A DNA stretch of 63,087 nucleotides, the filler included, from Octopus bimaculoides (Eukaryota), in the NCBI RefSeq assembly GCF_001194135.2. It is 8 parts of 7 records of this genome, joined end to end, with 100 filler letters (N's around TTAATTAATTAA, not from the genome) between each part and the next. Parts side by side here need not be neighbours in the genome. Positions count along the whole stretch, not along the records: positions 19,103 to 46,198 come from NC_068982.1; positions 46,299 to 48,419 come from NC_068986.1; positions 48,520 to 53,142 come from NC_068993.1; 5 more parts are not named here. The stretch is one strand, 5' to 3'. The number at the start of each line of letters is the position of its first letter. Within the stretch, counting starts at the first letter, position 1. Positions 39,117-51,789 of the stretch are shown here, piece by piece. The notes beneath the pieces are model-generated. The model was not told the origin of the DNA. It worked only from the letters and a program-made list of their open reading frames with translations, and made no database searches. Position numbers and translations under genes: made by a program.

Positions 39117-39499
39117 TATATATNNNNNNNNNNNNNNNNNNNNNNNNNNNNNNNNNNNNNNNNNNNNNNNNNNNNNNNNATATATAAATGGAGTTAAACG
39201 CAGCTGTTATTCAATTTTTTTTACTTCCGACACATGTTTCGAAGATATTGGTATTATTCCAAAAGAATAAAATGGTGTAAAACAATGTAATCTTCTCTTC
39301 AGGGAAATGAAGAAATAAAACTCGTCAATAAGACATTTTAACAGAATATGACGGATATGTAAAGTGATGAACTGAACGGTAGCAAGTTTTTTTTTAAAAA
39401 AACGTTAGAGGATATAATGTGAAAGGTAGCCTATAGAAAGAGGAGAGGTGAAGGAAAGAAAAATCAGAAACCAAATAAATGAGAAGTATAGAATATGTA

Positions 39500-40080
39500 A
39501 ATTAAATAAAACCCTAAAGTGTTGGAAAAAGACTTTGTGGAGTTAATACCGAAGATATCATCTACATCATAAGCGGTTGTCCGAAAATGTCATCACGGTA
39601 CGATGAGATGTGATGTTGTAGTTAGGACACTCTATAATGAAATCTGTCGAAAGGATAACCCCTAAATAAGAACCTACGGTATGGTAGAAGCCATAACCAC
39701 TCATAATAAAATGGAGTACTAGTGGAATATCACAGTGAAGACCTCAATAAAATGTAAGCACAATAGACCTGATATAATGATTTGAGGTGGAGAAGAGAAA
39801 CTGTGTACAGTTGTGGAAATCAGCTGCCCAGCGGATGTTAACATAAAGCTGAAGATCAGTGAAAATGAGAATACCTGCGCTGAACTATTGGGAAATCTGC
39901 AGTTACTCTATCCAGATTACAAGTTCAGGTTTATACCTGTAATTACTGGGGCCCTGGGATATGTAACACGCTGCCTTAAATACCAATCTTGAGAAATTTG
40001 GCTTCTTAAAATTAGAAAGGAGAAAGCTAATACGAAGACTACGGATCCAAGCCATTACTGGAACTGTAAAAATTTGTTTT
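39500..40080 (+). mobile_element. Decayed RLE-type non-LTR retrotransposon 3' part (CCHC knuckle and RLE), a different family from 6121-6673
   Basis: GVNTEDIIYIISGCPKMSSRY / WNITVKTSIKCKHNRPDIMI*...LCTVVEISCPADVN...FIPVITGALGYV. Confidence 0.8.
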
Positions 40081-40737
40081 AAATATTGTTTAAAACTTCT
40101 GTTTAAAATATTGTCTGATGTTATTACCATACGTCTCTGCAATTTACAGATTGCAGCTCCTGTTTCTGTTTCTGTATAACTTAGAAATTTCGACAACGAG
40201 CCATGTTATTTTTGTATTGTTGATTAATCTACCTTTAAGCTACCAAATATAGTGGATCAGTTATGTAGAGTTAATTTTCTAAGAAACAAAAATATGCTGT
40301 ATGTATCAGATTTTAAAGTTGTTCACTCTTGGTACTATAAATGCAATTTAGACATTCTATACTGTTTTTGTTGTAGCTTTTATATTAATATTTCTGTAGA
40401 CATTTACCATTGAGGGAAGAGTTTAGTGTATTTATGAAGTTACATTCAGATTGTTGGGGATGATGCAATAAAATTGAGGTTTTGTTTATGGTGGAATATT
40501 ATCAAGAGAGTTATATTTCTTTTTAACAGTATTTTTATTAATAAATACGATTACGAGTTTATGATTAAAGAAAACAGGAAGTTCTTTGTCATGTTTGCCG
40601 TTATGTTTACGTTATATTAAATCTCGAACAAAATTATTTTACTCTTCATAAATGTTTTTTGTGTACGTTGTTTAATGTATTTTCAGATTTCCGTAAAATT
40701 TCATCCTCTTCTTGCTAATGTTGCATTATAAGTGGGT

Positions 40738-41125
40738 CAGGACTGGCCAACTTAAGGCCCGCAGGTCGCATGCGGCCCGCAGACTTTTATTTGTGGCCCG
40801 TTTGATACTTTCTTAAAATGGGTTTATTTAAACAAACATCTTTAAAATTTTATCAAAAATTAAATATTGTCATGAAAAGTGGCAATAAAGTGGCATCCGT
40901 TTGTTATACTTTTCCATATAGTCGTTTTATATCCCTTTTCCGCATTTATATAAGTTCTTCAAGCAATATTATCGCCTAATAATTTCAAACAAACGAAAAG
41001 TATGAAAAATTCTTAATTCTGTAATTTGATTATTTGACTATTAGTACATAAAGTATACAAGCGGCCCTCAAAATACTTTCTATGATTAAAGTGGCCCGCA
41101 ATGTAATTCGAGTTGGCCAGGCCTG
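40738..41125. mobile_element. hAT-type MITE
   Basis: TIRs CAGGACTGGCCAACT and AGTTGGCCAGGCCTG with subterminal GGCCCGC repeats. Right flank GTCTAGAT has a central TA, but the left flank does not match, so there is no clean TSD. Confidence 0.75.
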
Positions 41126-41989
41126 GTCTAGATAATATAAGCTTCCAAATCTTTTGCCAAAATCCAAATCCCAGAAATACTATATCATCTCAACAGGCTG
41201 AGTGTATCTTCAAAAACGCTAAATGCCTCTTCAAAGAGCTAATATATAACGCTACAATAAGATCTGAATGGTATTGAAATGGTATAGATAAATTTATGAG
41301 AAAACACCTTCAAAATCCGCAACGTACAGTACATACATTTATTTTCAATTCAGAGATTGCTTTTTATCTGCTAAAATAAATATCAATTAAATAAAGAGGC
41401 CGATTTAATTGACTTTAACCACTTCTCGAAAATTGCTGATCTTTCAGAAGTTTTTAGTTTTATACGCTTTCATTGTAAAACATTGCAATTCATTGTTTTG
41501 AGTATGTGCTGTGTTTTGTCTTTTGCAGCTGTATTTCTTTGTATTTAAAGGACGCAGTATATAGTGTTAACAGCCCTATGATATATATATATATATATAA
41601 GTTTATACATATATATTTCATATATTTTTTTTTATCATTCCCAAGACACTTATCATTATGGATACTATCCCTTTTCCATACCCGCATTTTTTGCTATGTC
41701 TATACCTTGGCGTTTAAATGTTGACAGTTTTTCAATTTTTTTACTAAAAGATATTGCTGTTGGAATTTATATGCTTATTTGAAACCATATCTTACTCTGA
41801 TAGTCTTTGATAATAATATCTAGGGCGTTTGCTTTAATCTCTCTCCACTGGGTTACTATGTCATTCTTTGAGACCTTTTATGGTGTATGATTGTGTCATT
41901 TCTTTTCAGTAGAACTCTATAATTACCAAATATATTTCTTATCCACTCTACTCGGCAGATAGTAGCATGCTTCATACTTACTGCTGCTG

Positions 41990-42046
<57 letters not shown>

Positions 42047-43589
42047 AAACGACGTCATCCGTTTGTTATACTTCTCCATATAGTCGTTTTATATCCCTTT
42101 TCCACATTTATATCAGTTCTTCAAGCAATATTGTCGCCTGATCCAAGAAATTTTAGCTGGCGTTTCAAAACATTATTTGGTTCTCATATCTGTATTTTCT
42201 TATTTCACTTTCTTGATTTTCTTGTTCCACTTTCTCTAAATTTTCGCTTTAAAATCTAGGCTTCACATTGAAGGAAAATTTCACCCCAAAACATCCATTT
42301 GATATAAACACATTTATGCCGGGAACAATAATCAGATTCTGATGTGGAAATGATTTATCCAGATTTCGTAAATACAACGTTCAAAGTGAAAGAGAAATGG
42401 AACAAATCCGTGGCATCTTAAATTGTAATTTACCATTTCTGTACTCTGTTTATCATCTGACCTTTTCTATTCAAAGTCATTGTGCAGTTGCTTATGTAAA
42501 TATACGTTCTCTTGCAAGCTTTGAATATCTTGAGCTCTTTGAAAGCTAAAAGGAAATAACAACAATAATAAATAAATGGAATTTAACACAGTCAGTTGAT
42601 TATTGTAATTTTGACAATCTGGTAAAACCCTTCGGAATTTCTGTATCAGATATAAGCGGTTTTATGTTGCCTAAATTTTAAAGCTATGGGGACAGAATGA
42701 TATACAACTCGTCGATTGTTCTGTCTATATAACAGCTGCAGAAACTCTCTATGCACAAAGTTAATAAAGACAATCTTTTTTCTCATCACAAGGAACCCTG
42801 CAGTCCACTGCTTATCTCTCGCATTTGTAGCATTAAGCGGATAAAATTGTCACTCGCTTGCTTTGGATAAATATTAATTTCTAACTATGCTGTACGGGTT
42901 GGCATATTTGTATGTGTGTGAGTGTAAACGTGTGTGCGCACATGCGCGCGATTAATTGATCCCAGTGCTTGATTAGATAATTTATCTTATCAGCACTATC
43001 AACTCTGGTAATAGTTCAATCTTGCCAGGTTTTTAACCCGAACCTTTACCGATTCTTCTAATCCATTATTCATGGTAATTTCTAAAAGTGAAAAATTTCT
43101 CACATACTTAATGTAGTGAGCTGAAAGGAATGTTTAACGAAATGAAATTTCATCAGTAATGAAAAGAAAGGTAATTAGCATTAATGACAATGCTTGACAA
43201 TAAAGACAAAGAAAAGAACTCTGAAGTTTAAACTGATTCAAAAATTAAATTGAGACATGCAGTGAAGAGTGAGCCGCAGACGATAAGTTCTGTGATAACT
43301 CCGAAGAAGTTTCGATCTTATAAGACCTTTTCAGTGCAGTATAATCTAACGCGTACTTGCCAGATCTTAGAACGACGATGGGCGGGCGTTATATCTCAGT
43401 TGACCCTAGTACTTGACCGAGACATTTTGAGTGAGCTCCGGCGAAACTAGCAACATTGGAATTTGAATTCAGAATGTAAAGAGTCTTATTTATAAATCAC
43501 AAAACGTCTTTTAATCCGTCTTTCTGAAGTCTCCGTTACCTCAGCAAAACAGTTATCAATGAATCAAACTTACATAAAATAGACACAAG

Positions 43590-43928
43590 CGCTGGTATAG
43601 TTGTATGGTTAAGAAACTCACTTGCAACCACATGGTTTCGAGTTCAGTATCACTTCGTGGCACCTTGGGCAAGTGTCTTCTGTTATAGTCCCAGACGGAC
43701 CATGTGAGTAGATCTGGTTGTCGGAAAGTTTGCCACATCCACTCACAAGACGGTGTGGAAGCCTATAATAAGTGTGTGTTTTTGTATTTTGTGTCTGATC
43801 TCCGCAACCGCTTGACAACCGGTTGTTCATGTCCCCGTAACCTAGCGGCTTCAGAAAACAGACCGATGGAATAAATACCAGATTTTGAAAAAGTACTGTG
43901 GTTGATTTGTTCGTCTAAATCTTTCAGA
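43590..43928 (+). mobile_element. SINE family A
   Basis: Head GTATGGTTAAGAAACTCACTTGCAACCACATGGTTTCGAGTTCAG; GGCACCTTGGGCAAGTGTCTTC; tail GTCCCCGTAACCTAGCGG. Confidence 0.8.
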
Positions 43929-45230
43929 TGAAACAAGTTAAAGATAAAAGACAGGAGTCACATGCACACATTGTGTCTCTCTTCCTCTCGCTCTCACTTT
44001 CTCTCTTTCTCTCACTCTCTCTTTCTCTCTCTCTCTCTCTCTGTCACTCTCTGTCTCTGTCACTGTCTCTCGCTTTCTACATGTCTGTCTCACTGGGAAA
44101 GGCAGTACCATAACTTGATATATTCTCAGGGTCTCCAAAGCTTATAAAAAGAGAGAAAGTTAGCCATGGACTGAAGACTTAGTTTCTTGAATGCTTACAA
44201 TAGAGTGGAATCCACTAAAGCCACCCAATGACCAAGTAGTGGTGTTAAAGCAGAAGAGAAGTAAGTCCATTACACAAGAACTCAGGATGCAATGAAAGGG
44301 AATAGAAATCATAAGGCATTTCGTCTGATCTCTAACTATTCCTCCGAACTGCACCTTGAACGGGATGGTGAAAAATTGCACAGTATTGACGATATCCGCA
44401 ATAGTAAAGCTTAATTTCTCACAGTATCTGATTATATCAAAGGATGAAAGGTAAAGCTGACTTCTGCGGTATTTGACTTACTAATTAGCACCACCTGGAA
44501 ACATAATAGCACCACATGGAGACATTAGCCAGAAGTGGCCTTTGTAAGAAGTTTGGGTATATGGAGGAAATTCAGTCATGGAGAAAGTTAAGAAGAGATA
44601 ACTTACCTTCATTCATTGCAGATGTCCCCGCGAATTTATCTAGGAATTTTCTATTCCTAATTAGGCAATATTTCTCAAGTGAACATAAACGTTACAATAT
44701 TTTTATTACGCTTAATGTTAAGAGGAGTTGATTTTTGCTTCCACAATATTGTTTCCAACATCGCACGCTACAACCAAAAACAAAAGAAAAATCGTGCAAA
44801 GTACCATCCTGTAACAGCCAAAATAAAACTATCTATCCACTGAGGGAGACAATTTACTACTTTAGGAGACGCAGTTTTATTATAGAACAACTACAAAGGG
44901 ATCGCTTCGCAGCAGTTCTACCTCTAAAACCAGTTGCCAAATTTCCCTCAAATCATGCCTCCAACGTCTTAGAAAATGACACATTAGATGCTCGATTCCT
45001 TGCACTAAGGAAAGAAACAAAATGATCAGGTTTGGTGTCTCGCACGGCATAACTAGACCTATGGGTTGTTAATTGTTCTTTACTCTTGACAGACAGACTA
45101 CCGAGGAGAGCCTCAATATAAATATGTTTGTGCATGTATATAATATCATACATGCACAGATATATATATACGTATATATAGATGGCTATATATATATATG
45201 AATTGGTATAAACAGATGCCTATATATATC

Positions 45231-45261
<31 letters not shown>

Positions 45262-45287
45262 ATATATATATATATCAATATATATAG

Positions 45288-45340
<53 letters not shown>

Positions 45341-46441
45341 TGCGTTCTTGTCCGATTTTCGTATTTTTTATATATAAAATATAGCGGTGTATGTACACTT
45401 TGATCTCTTATATGTATGTATATATATATATCTAAATTTTGTACGACTCTATTATTCTTTGTATTCTTTCATTCTTTCCTTCTTTCTATCAGCCCTTTCA
45501 CACTTTGTTCATTCCACTCTTCATTCTTTCGTTCCCCTCTCTCACATTTGCTGGCCTTCTCTTCATGCTCACTTTCCCTCCTCTTTCACTTCACTGTATC
45601 TCTTTCATTTTTTCTCACCCCTCCTTAATTCTTCTATCCCTTCTACCTCTCTCTCTTCTCTCCCCATGTGACCGGTGTTTGGCCAGGCCTGACCTTTCTT
45701 TCTTGGTTCAACTACCATCCGTGTAACATCTGTATTCCTCCCTGTGCTTGTTAAATCTTATGTCCCTTCCACAGACGCCAGCTTAATTTAATTCGTCCTT
45801 AGTCAAAAAACAACCGGTTGTTATGTCCTATTAATTGCATTTGTATTTGTGTAACATTCCTCCGTTTTTTTCCGTCCTTGTTTTCGTATACATTCGCTGC
45901 TTTCTTCCAAAGAATCTAATGCTCTTAGCTTATTTTTTCTTTGGGGCTGGCCAGATTGGATCAATCTCGAGTATAACCAACCGAAATTGCAAAGATAATC
46001 TGGAACTCGACTGAGGAAAGAAAACATTCGAATGACCCGTCCTTGTCTTCCTTGTATCGTCTGTCTGGTTGTTTTGTTGTCCTTCTTTTGTATCATCTAA
46101 CTGTCTGGATGTTTTGCGTTCTTGTCCCACTTTTGAATATATACGTATATATACGTATATATACGTATACATAGATGTATATATATATATATATATATNN
46201 NNNNNNNNNNNNNNNNNNNNNNNNNNNNNNNNNNNNNNNNNNTTAATTAATTAANNNNNNNNNNNNNNNNNNNNNNNNNNNNNNNNNNNNNNNNNNNNAA
46301 ATCCGCTCAAAAGGTTTTCGTCAGTCTATAGCTATAACACAAAACACTTGTATGTGTTTGTGTGTCCCTTTGCACTGCTTGGCGACCAGTATTGATTTGT
46401 TCATGTCTCTGTAATCCAGCAGTTTGGTCAAAGAATCAGAA

Positions 46442-46505
46442 AAATTGCCAGACTTAGATGAGTAGTAAGTTGATCAACTTACTACTCATCTAAGTCTGGC
46501 AATTT
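46442..46505. repeat. Perfect 64-bp spacerless palindrome within a decayed SINE family A tail
   Basis: AAATTGCCAGACTTAGATGAGTAGTAAGTTGA|TCAACTTACTACTCATCTAAGTCTGGCAATTT, checked base by base. Confidence 0.97.
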
Positions 46506-46750
46506 GTTCAACTGAATCTTTCAAGCCAGCACCTCAGACATGGTCACAATCCAATGACCAAAAAGAAGTAAATGGTAAATGATAATTTTGCTCACTAGAA
46601 CTGTATCCATTTGTGATTTTGGTATTAAAAAAATGCTTAAGATGCTGTACCTTAAGATCACATTTTGAACCACATGATTTAGGAGCCTACTTCTTAACCA
46701 TACAACCATGTCTGTTCCCTATGCATGCTTACCCCCCTGGTCTTTATTAA

Positions 46751-46923
46751 TCATTTAGCATTTAAACCAGTCATATCCAGCCTCTTACTCCTATTCTACA
46801 ATGGTACCCTCAAAATAAACAATCACATCATTACATTTTCAAAGCTACAAGATAATAGTTAAATTCAAAACAATGTAAATAAATAAGCATTACATTTGGC
46901 AGAGTAATCTGAATGTTAAAGGG
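46751..46923. mobile_element. piggyBac-type MITE, older and shorter copy
   Basis: TTAA at 46747-46750 and 46924-46927; right end TCTGAATGTTAAAGGG; body homologous to 54078-54299. Confidence 0.75.
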
Positions 46924-47229
46924 TTAAAATAGATTTGCTTTTGGTACACAAATCCACTACAAGGAGAAGGGAACTAGAGGTTGTAGTATTGATGATTTTC
47001 TTCATGGAGTCAGTTGAGAATATAAAGAAGATTAACATCAAGCAGATAATGAAAGCTCATTGCAGTTTTAATTAACTAAAAACTGACTTCATTACATTAT
47101 TATCTGCATTGTTTATCAACTACAAGTTAAGCTGCCAGAATCAATAGTCAAACAAGATGCTTTGTATTTCTTGTGACTCACCAACCCTCCCCGAAATTGC
47201 TGGCCTTGTGCTACAATTTGAAACCAGTA

Positions 47230-47430
47230 TTATTGGTCATGATAAGGTGGCTAGCTGGCAAAATTGTTAGCATGCTATACAAAATGCTTAGCATTTTGTT
47301 CATCTTTATGTTGAGTTCAGATTCCACTGAGGTTAATTTTTACCTTTCATTCTACCAGAGTCAATAAAATAAGTACCAGTTAAGCACTGGGGTTGATGAT
47401 ATTAACTTATTCCCTACCCCAAAATACTGG
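47230..47430 (+). mobile_element. SINE family B (degenerate)
   Basis: GGTGGCTAGCTGGCAAAATTGTTAGCA...GAGTTCAGATTCCACTGAGG...AAGTACCAGTTAAGCACTGGGG. Confidence 0.7.
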
Positions 47431-47439
47431 CCTTGTGCT

Positions 47440-47868
47440 CGATCGTTGCCAGAGCACTAGCTGTCTGGCTTCGGTGCCGGTGGCACGTAAATAGCACCAT
47501 TTGAGCGTGATCATTACCAACGTCACCTTCCTGGCACTTGTGGCAGTGACACGTGAAAAGACATTCGAGCGAGTTCGTTGCCAGTACCACTGGACTGTCT
47601 CCTGTGCAGGTGGCATGTAAAATACACCATTTTGAGTATGGCCGTTGCCTGTACCTCCTGACTGGCCTTCGTGCCGGTGGCACGTAAAAGCACCCACTAC
47701 ACTCTCGGAGTGGTTGGCATTAGGAAGGGCATCCAGCTCTAGAAACTCTGCCAGATCAGATTGGAGCCTGGTATAGCCATCTGGTTCACCAGCCCTCAGT
47801 CAAATTGTCCAACCCATGCTAACATGGAAAGCGGACGTTAAACGACGGCGATGATGGTGATGATGATA
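47440..47868 (+). mobile_element. SINE-like retroelement (family D) with about 67-bp internal tandem units and a (GAT)n tail; RTE-like 3' end is inferred
   Basis: Four units begin GTG(C/G)CRGTGRCAYGT; the 3' block GGAAGGGCATCCAGC...CCATGCTAACATGGAAAGCGGACGTTAAACG recurs at 48262-48419 and 53243-53548. Confidence 0.8.
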
Positions 47869-47869
47869 A

Positions 47870-48260
47870 GGTAACTAGTTGGTGGAATTATTAACACATT
47901 GGATAAAATACTCAACAGTATTTCTTCTGGCTCTTAATATTCTGATTTCAAATCCCTCCAAGGTCAACTTTGATTTCATCCTTTTGGGGTTGATAAATTA
48001 AGTACCAGTCAAAAACACTGGGGTTGATGTAATCAGCTCACCTACTTCTTAATTTCAGACTTTGTATCTATAGTAGAAATGGATATTATTGTTTGTGATA
48101 AGGCGATGAGCTGGCAAAATTGTCAGTGCATCAAATTACATGCTCAGTGGCATTTCCTCTGACTCTTTATATTTGTAGTTCAAATCCTGTTGAGGTCAAC
48201 TTTGACTTTTTATCCTTCTAAGGTGAAAAGAATTAATTACCAGTCACGTACTGGAGTTGA
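47870..48260 (+). mobile_element. Two tandem SINE family B copies
   Basis: Repeated TTCAAATCC...GGTCAACTTTGA...AAGTACCAGTC blocks. Confidence 0.7.
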
Positions 48261-48261
48261 T

Positions 48262-48419
48262 CATCATCATCATCGTCGTTTAACGTCCGCTTTCCATGCT
48301 AGCATGGGTTGGACGATTTGACTGAGGACTGGTGAAACCGGGTGGCAACACCAGGCTCCAATCTAAATTTGGCAGAGTTTCTACAGCTGGATGCCCTTCC
48401 TAATGCCAACCACTCAGAG
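48262..48419 (-). mobile_element. Family D 3' end, inverted relative to 47700-47868
   Basis: (TCA)n followed by GTTTAACGTCCGCTTTCCATGCTAGCATGGG...GGATGCCCTTCC. Confidence 0.85.
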
Positions 48420-49028
48420 NNNNNNNNNNNNNNNNNNNNNNNNNNNNNNNNNNNNNNNNNNNNTTAATTAATTAANNNNNNNNNNNNNNNNNNNNNNNNN
48501 NNNNNNNNNNNNNNNNNNNATATATATATATATATATATATATAAGTTGGACGGCAAGTTGGGAGAAGCCTGTCAGAAGGACTGTATCTGTAATTCAAAT
48601 GTCTCGACTTGTCAAACTAATTCGGCCTGGAAATTACGCGAGGTGTTCTGATGGTTACGGAATATTCAACCGGCTATGAGTTGATTTAATGACTAGGTAT
48701 TTCAATTTAGAAAATAACTTCATATGCGTCGAGGAAAACGACAGAGGATCCATTATATGTATACGCGCGCGCGCCCTCTCTCTCACACACACACAGACAC
48801 ACACACTCACACACACATGTGCATGTATATATGTATGCATACATATATGTGTATATTTGTATGTGTATGATCCGTACACACACTCACACGCACACACACA
48901 AATCGATTATTATTGAAAATGTTCAGAAAAGACAATCTGATATTTGTTGGAGATAATGTCAATAAAATGTCCGTCTAAATACACTACTTCATGGTTTTGA
49001 GATAATTTTCTATTCTTTTGTCCTCTTA

Positions 49029-49064
<36 letters not shown>

Positions 49065-49414
49065 CGTGCGCGCGTGTGTGTGTGAGAGAGAGTGCGTGTG
49101 TGTGTGGGTGTGTGTGTGGGTGTGTGTGCGTGTGTGTGTGTGTGTGTGTATCTTTTGTTATCACAGTCTGTTGAATATGTTTATTGTGCCGCGCTAGTTA
49201 GAATAACAAACCAATCACTCTGAGATTAACAAGCGGTTTATCGATCAATCGGTGCTCTGTAGTTCCTCGTTCAGTTCTTTGTGAACAGATTGAAGTTATT
49301 GTTTGCTGATGAACTAAAGAAGACGACTTTGAACATTTTTGGCAGGACCTGGCACTTAATTAATATCTATGGAGTATTTATTTGTTTTATTTATTAATTA
49401 GTATGGGTCTAAGG

Positions 49415-49585
49415 CAGCGAGCTGAGAGAATCGTTAGCTCTGAGTTCAAGTTCTGTCGAGGTCGACTTTGTCTTTCATCCCTTCGGGGACGATAAATTAA
49501 GTACAAGTGAAACACTGGGGTTAATGTAATCGACTAGTTCCATCCTCTCAAATCTCAGGCCTTGTGCCTTTAGTAAAAAGGATTA
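49415..49585 (+). mobile_element. SINE family B, internally deleted
   Basis: GGCAGCGAGCTGAGAGAATCGTTAGC joins directly to TCTGAGTTCAAG...CGAGGTCGACTTTG. Confidence 0.75.
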
Positions 49586-51789
49586 ATTAGTATGGTTCAT
49601 TTATTTGTTGTATAAATTTTAAAATCTGGATTCCACTTCGGTCTTTTATCAGATGTCAAAGAGCAATGGACGAAGGAGATTTTGTATACCCCGGTCCCGA
49701 TTATGTAAACCTAGCAACATTTAGTCAATTGGTTCATTGACATTACAAAGTCCGTTAGTTATGCTTTGTTATAAATCAAAAGAAATACACTGTACCAGTC
49801 TAAATATCTCACTACCAGATTGAATATATCAAAACGTAAGAATGAACCAAAATATTCTTGAGGAATTTAGCCTCTTTCCTCTAGGTTAATTCAGTCTACT
49901 GCTCTTCTATCAAATTTATTATCTTATATCAGAATTATCAATATTTTAAGAACAGTTTTTATTTCACTTGTAGTTGAAAATATAATTACTAAGATGGTTG
50001 TAGCCCTGTTTCACTTGTAATGTTTTAATATATCCGTCACGGACGTCGAACACTGATGATAACTGATGGATAGAATAAAATAGCGTTTTTTTTGTTTTTT
50101 TTAACGCAGGAATAATTTGTCTTCAAAAATATGTGAAATCAGACTAGTGTAAATTGTCAAATTATATAATATATGGAAGTGATAAATGGTGGCTCTGTTA
50201 GCATGAAAAAGGGCTAATTAATTGTGAAGATAGATATCAATAACATTTTCGTATCGATATACTATAAATATGTCGAAATACAACATGCACCAACCTATAC
50301 CTAGATCAAGATTTGAACACACTACAGCAAAATATGTCACATACATTATTATTAATTAAAATATTCACCAGTTATACTTTAGCCTTTGCTGCTCTTAGAT
50401 GTAAATTTATGGTTAGATGAAGACAGTCAGTACTTTAACCACTGGTACAGTTCAATGCTTGTAACAAGAAGCGATCAACTTTTTTAGACACAGGTTTTGT
50501 AACATTATTATTCAGACATGCATAAACTAGAAAAAAGGCCTATTAACTTATTAACTATATATGTCGCAATTAATTCTTATCTAATTACCGTATTTGCTGG
50601 CGTATAAGACCCACTGTCGCATAAAATGCACACCTATTTTACAATTATATTTTGTGTAAAAAAATTAATACGTTTCATCCTATTCTTACTAAAATATATT
50701 TTAAAGTGATTTTGTAGAGGGAAATGTATAGTCCTAAGTATGTAAATATAATATTGTGAGAGTTTACTGGAATAAAGTATCAAGCGTTAAATTCATCATA
50801 AGTAAACCACGTTTCTAGAAGGTAACAGATATGAAATAGTGTTACACACATTATAAGGTATGGGCTATGTATGCTGTGGAAGGTGGTATAATGAGATGAT
50901 GTGATCTCTCCACTTTACTGCCGGCGTACCATAAGCAAATTTTCCTGAGTTTGTGCTAAAAGTCTGTAATAGTTAGGCATGTTTTCAATATTATTAATAA
51001 CCATTAGCGGACCAAGCTGAGTACCTAGCCTTGGACACTCGGTCTCCCATCCATAATCCTGCCGCATTAGATGCAGTGTTATTCTTTTGATACATTAAAA
51101 AATTAATATACCTGTCTACAGAAACGAAGTATGACATATCTAAAGATGTCTCAATGTGTAACAGAAAACACAATAAACTATGTGTCCCTTAACTTTACCA
51201 GATGCTGGAGTATAAAGATAAATGATTAAATGCTACCTTATTTGAGAGTACTTAATAAAACTGACTAGAGTTTTTGTGAGTGTTATTTTAAAAACAAGAG
51301 TGTTACCTGTAATATCACAGGTGTCTATGGAAGTGTAATAATTTTTTTCTAAAGTTGTTGGTGGCGTAATGGCACAATAAAGTTACAGCTGTTTTCACCA
51401 CATCAATCGTATTTTCCGATTTACAATTCTTCCTAGAATTATTTAGATAATTCGATATAGATAAATTAATCAGAACTACTACATTAGAGATAATACCGCA
51501 ATAAGCAATAGAGTTCTTACTTACTTGAGACGTGAGTTCAAATGGAAATTAAAAGGCAAGCTGCTGCTATTGCTAAAGAAAGAAATGCGGTCTGTTTCCA
51601 TAACTCTTGATGCATCAGTGCTAAAGTAATTAATACCGACGTAATGATTCCTGCAATAAAAAGTAATTGATAGTGAGTAACTGGAAAATATTACATCTGA
51701 GAGATTTAAGTAGAAATATGTGGGTGTTTTCGTGTGTGCGTGTGTTGTGAGGGTAATTTTTTCAATGAAACCTAAACACTGGTTCAATT

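Noticed and set aside
44204-44260. 57-nt symmetric micro-exon candidate ending in GTAAGT (also an acceptor near 3616 and a minus-strand donor near 44605)
   Set aside because: Such site pairs are expected by chance in 63 kb of AT-rich DNA; there is no recognisable peptide.
47470-47700. Regularly spaced palindromic repeats resembling a CRISPR array
   Set aside because: The spacers are homologous to each other, the context is a eukaryotic retroelement, and no cas genes are present.
48320-48345. CTGAGGA-CTGGT-GAAAC hammerhead-like string in family D (also 43427-43452)
   Set aside because: There is no adequate stem II or stem I pairing, and it is explained by SINE sequence.
50586-50630. TACCGTATTTGCTGGCGTATAAGAC, resembling a pogo/Tigger-type TIR
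   Set aside because: I found no matching opposite end or transposase, so it is not supported as an element.
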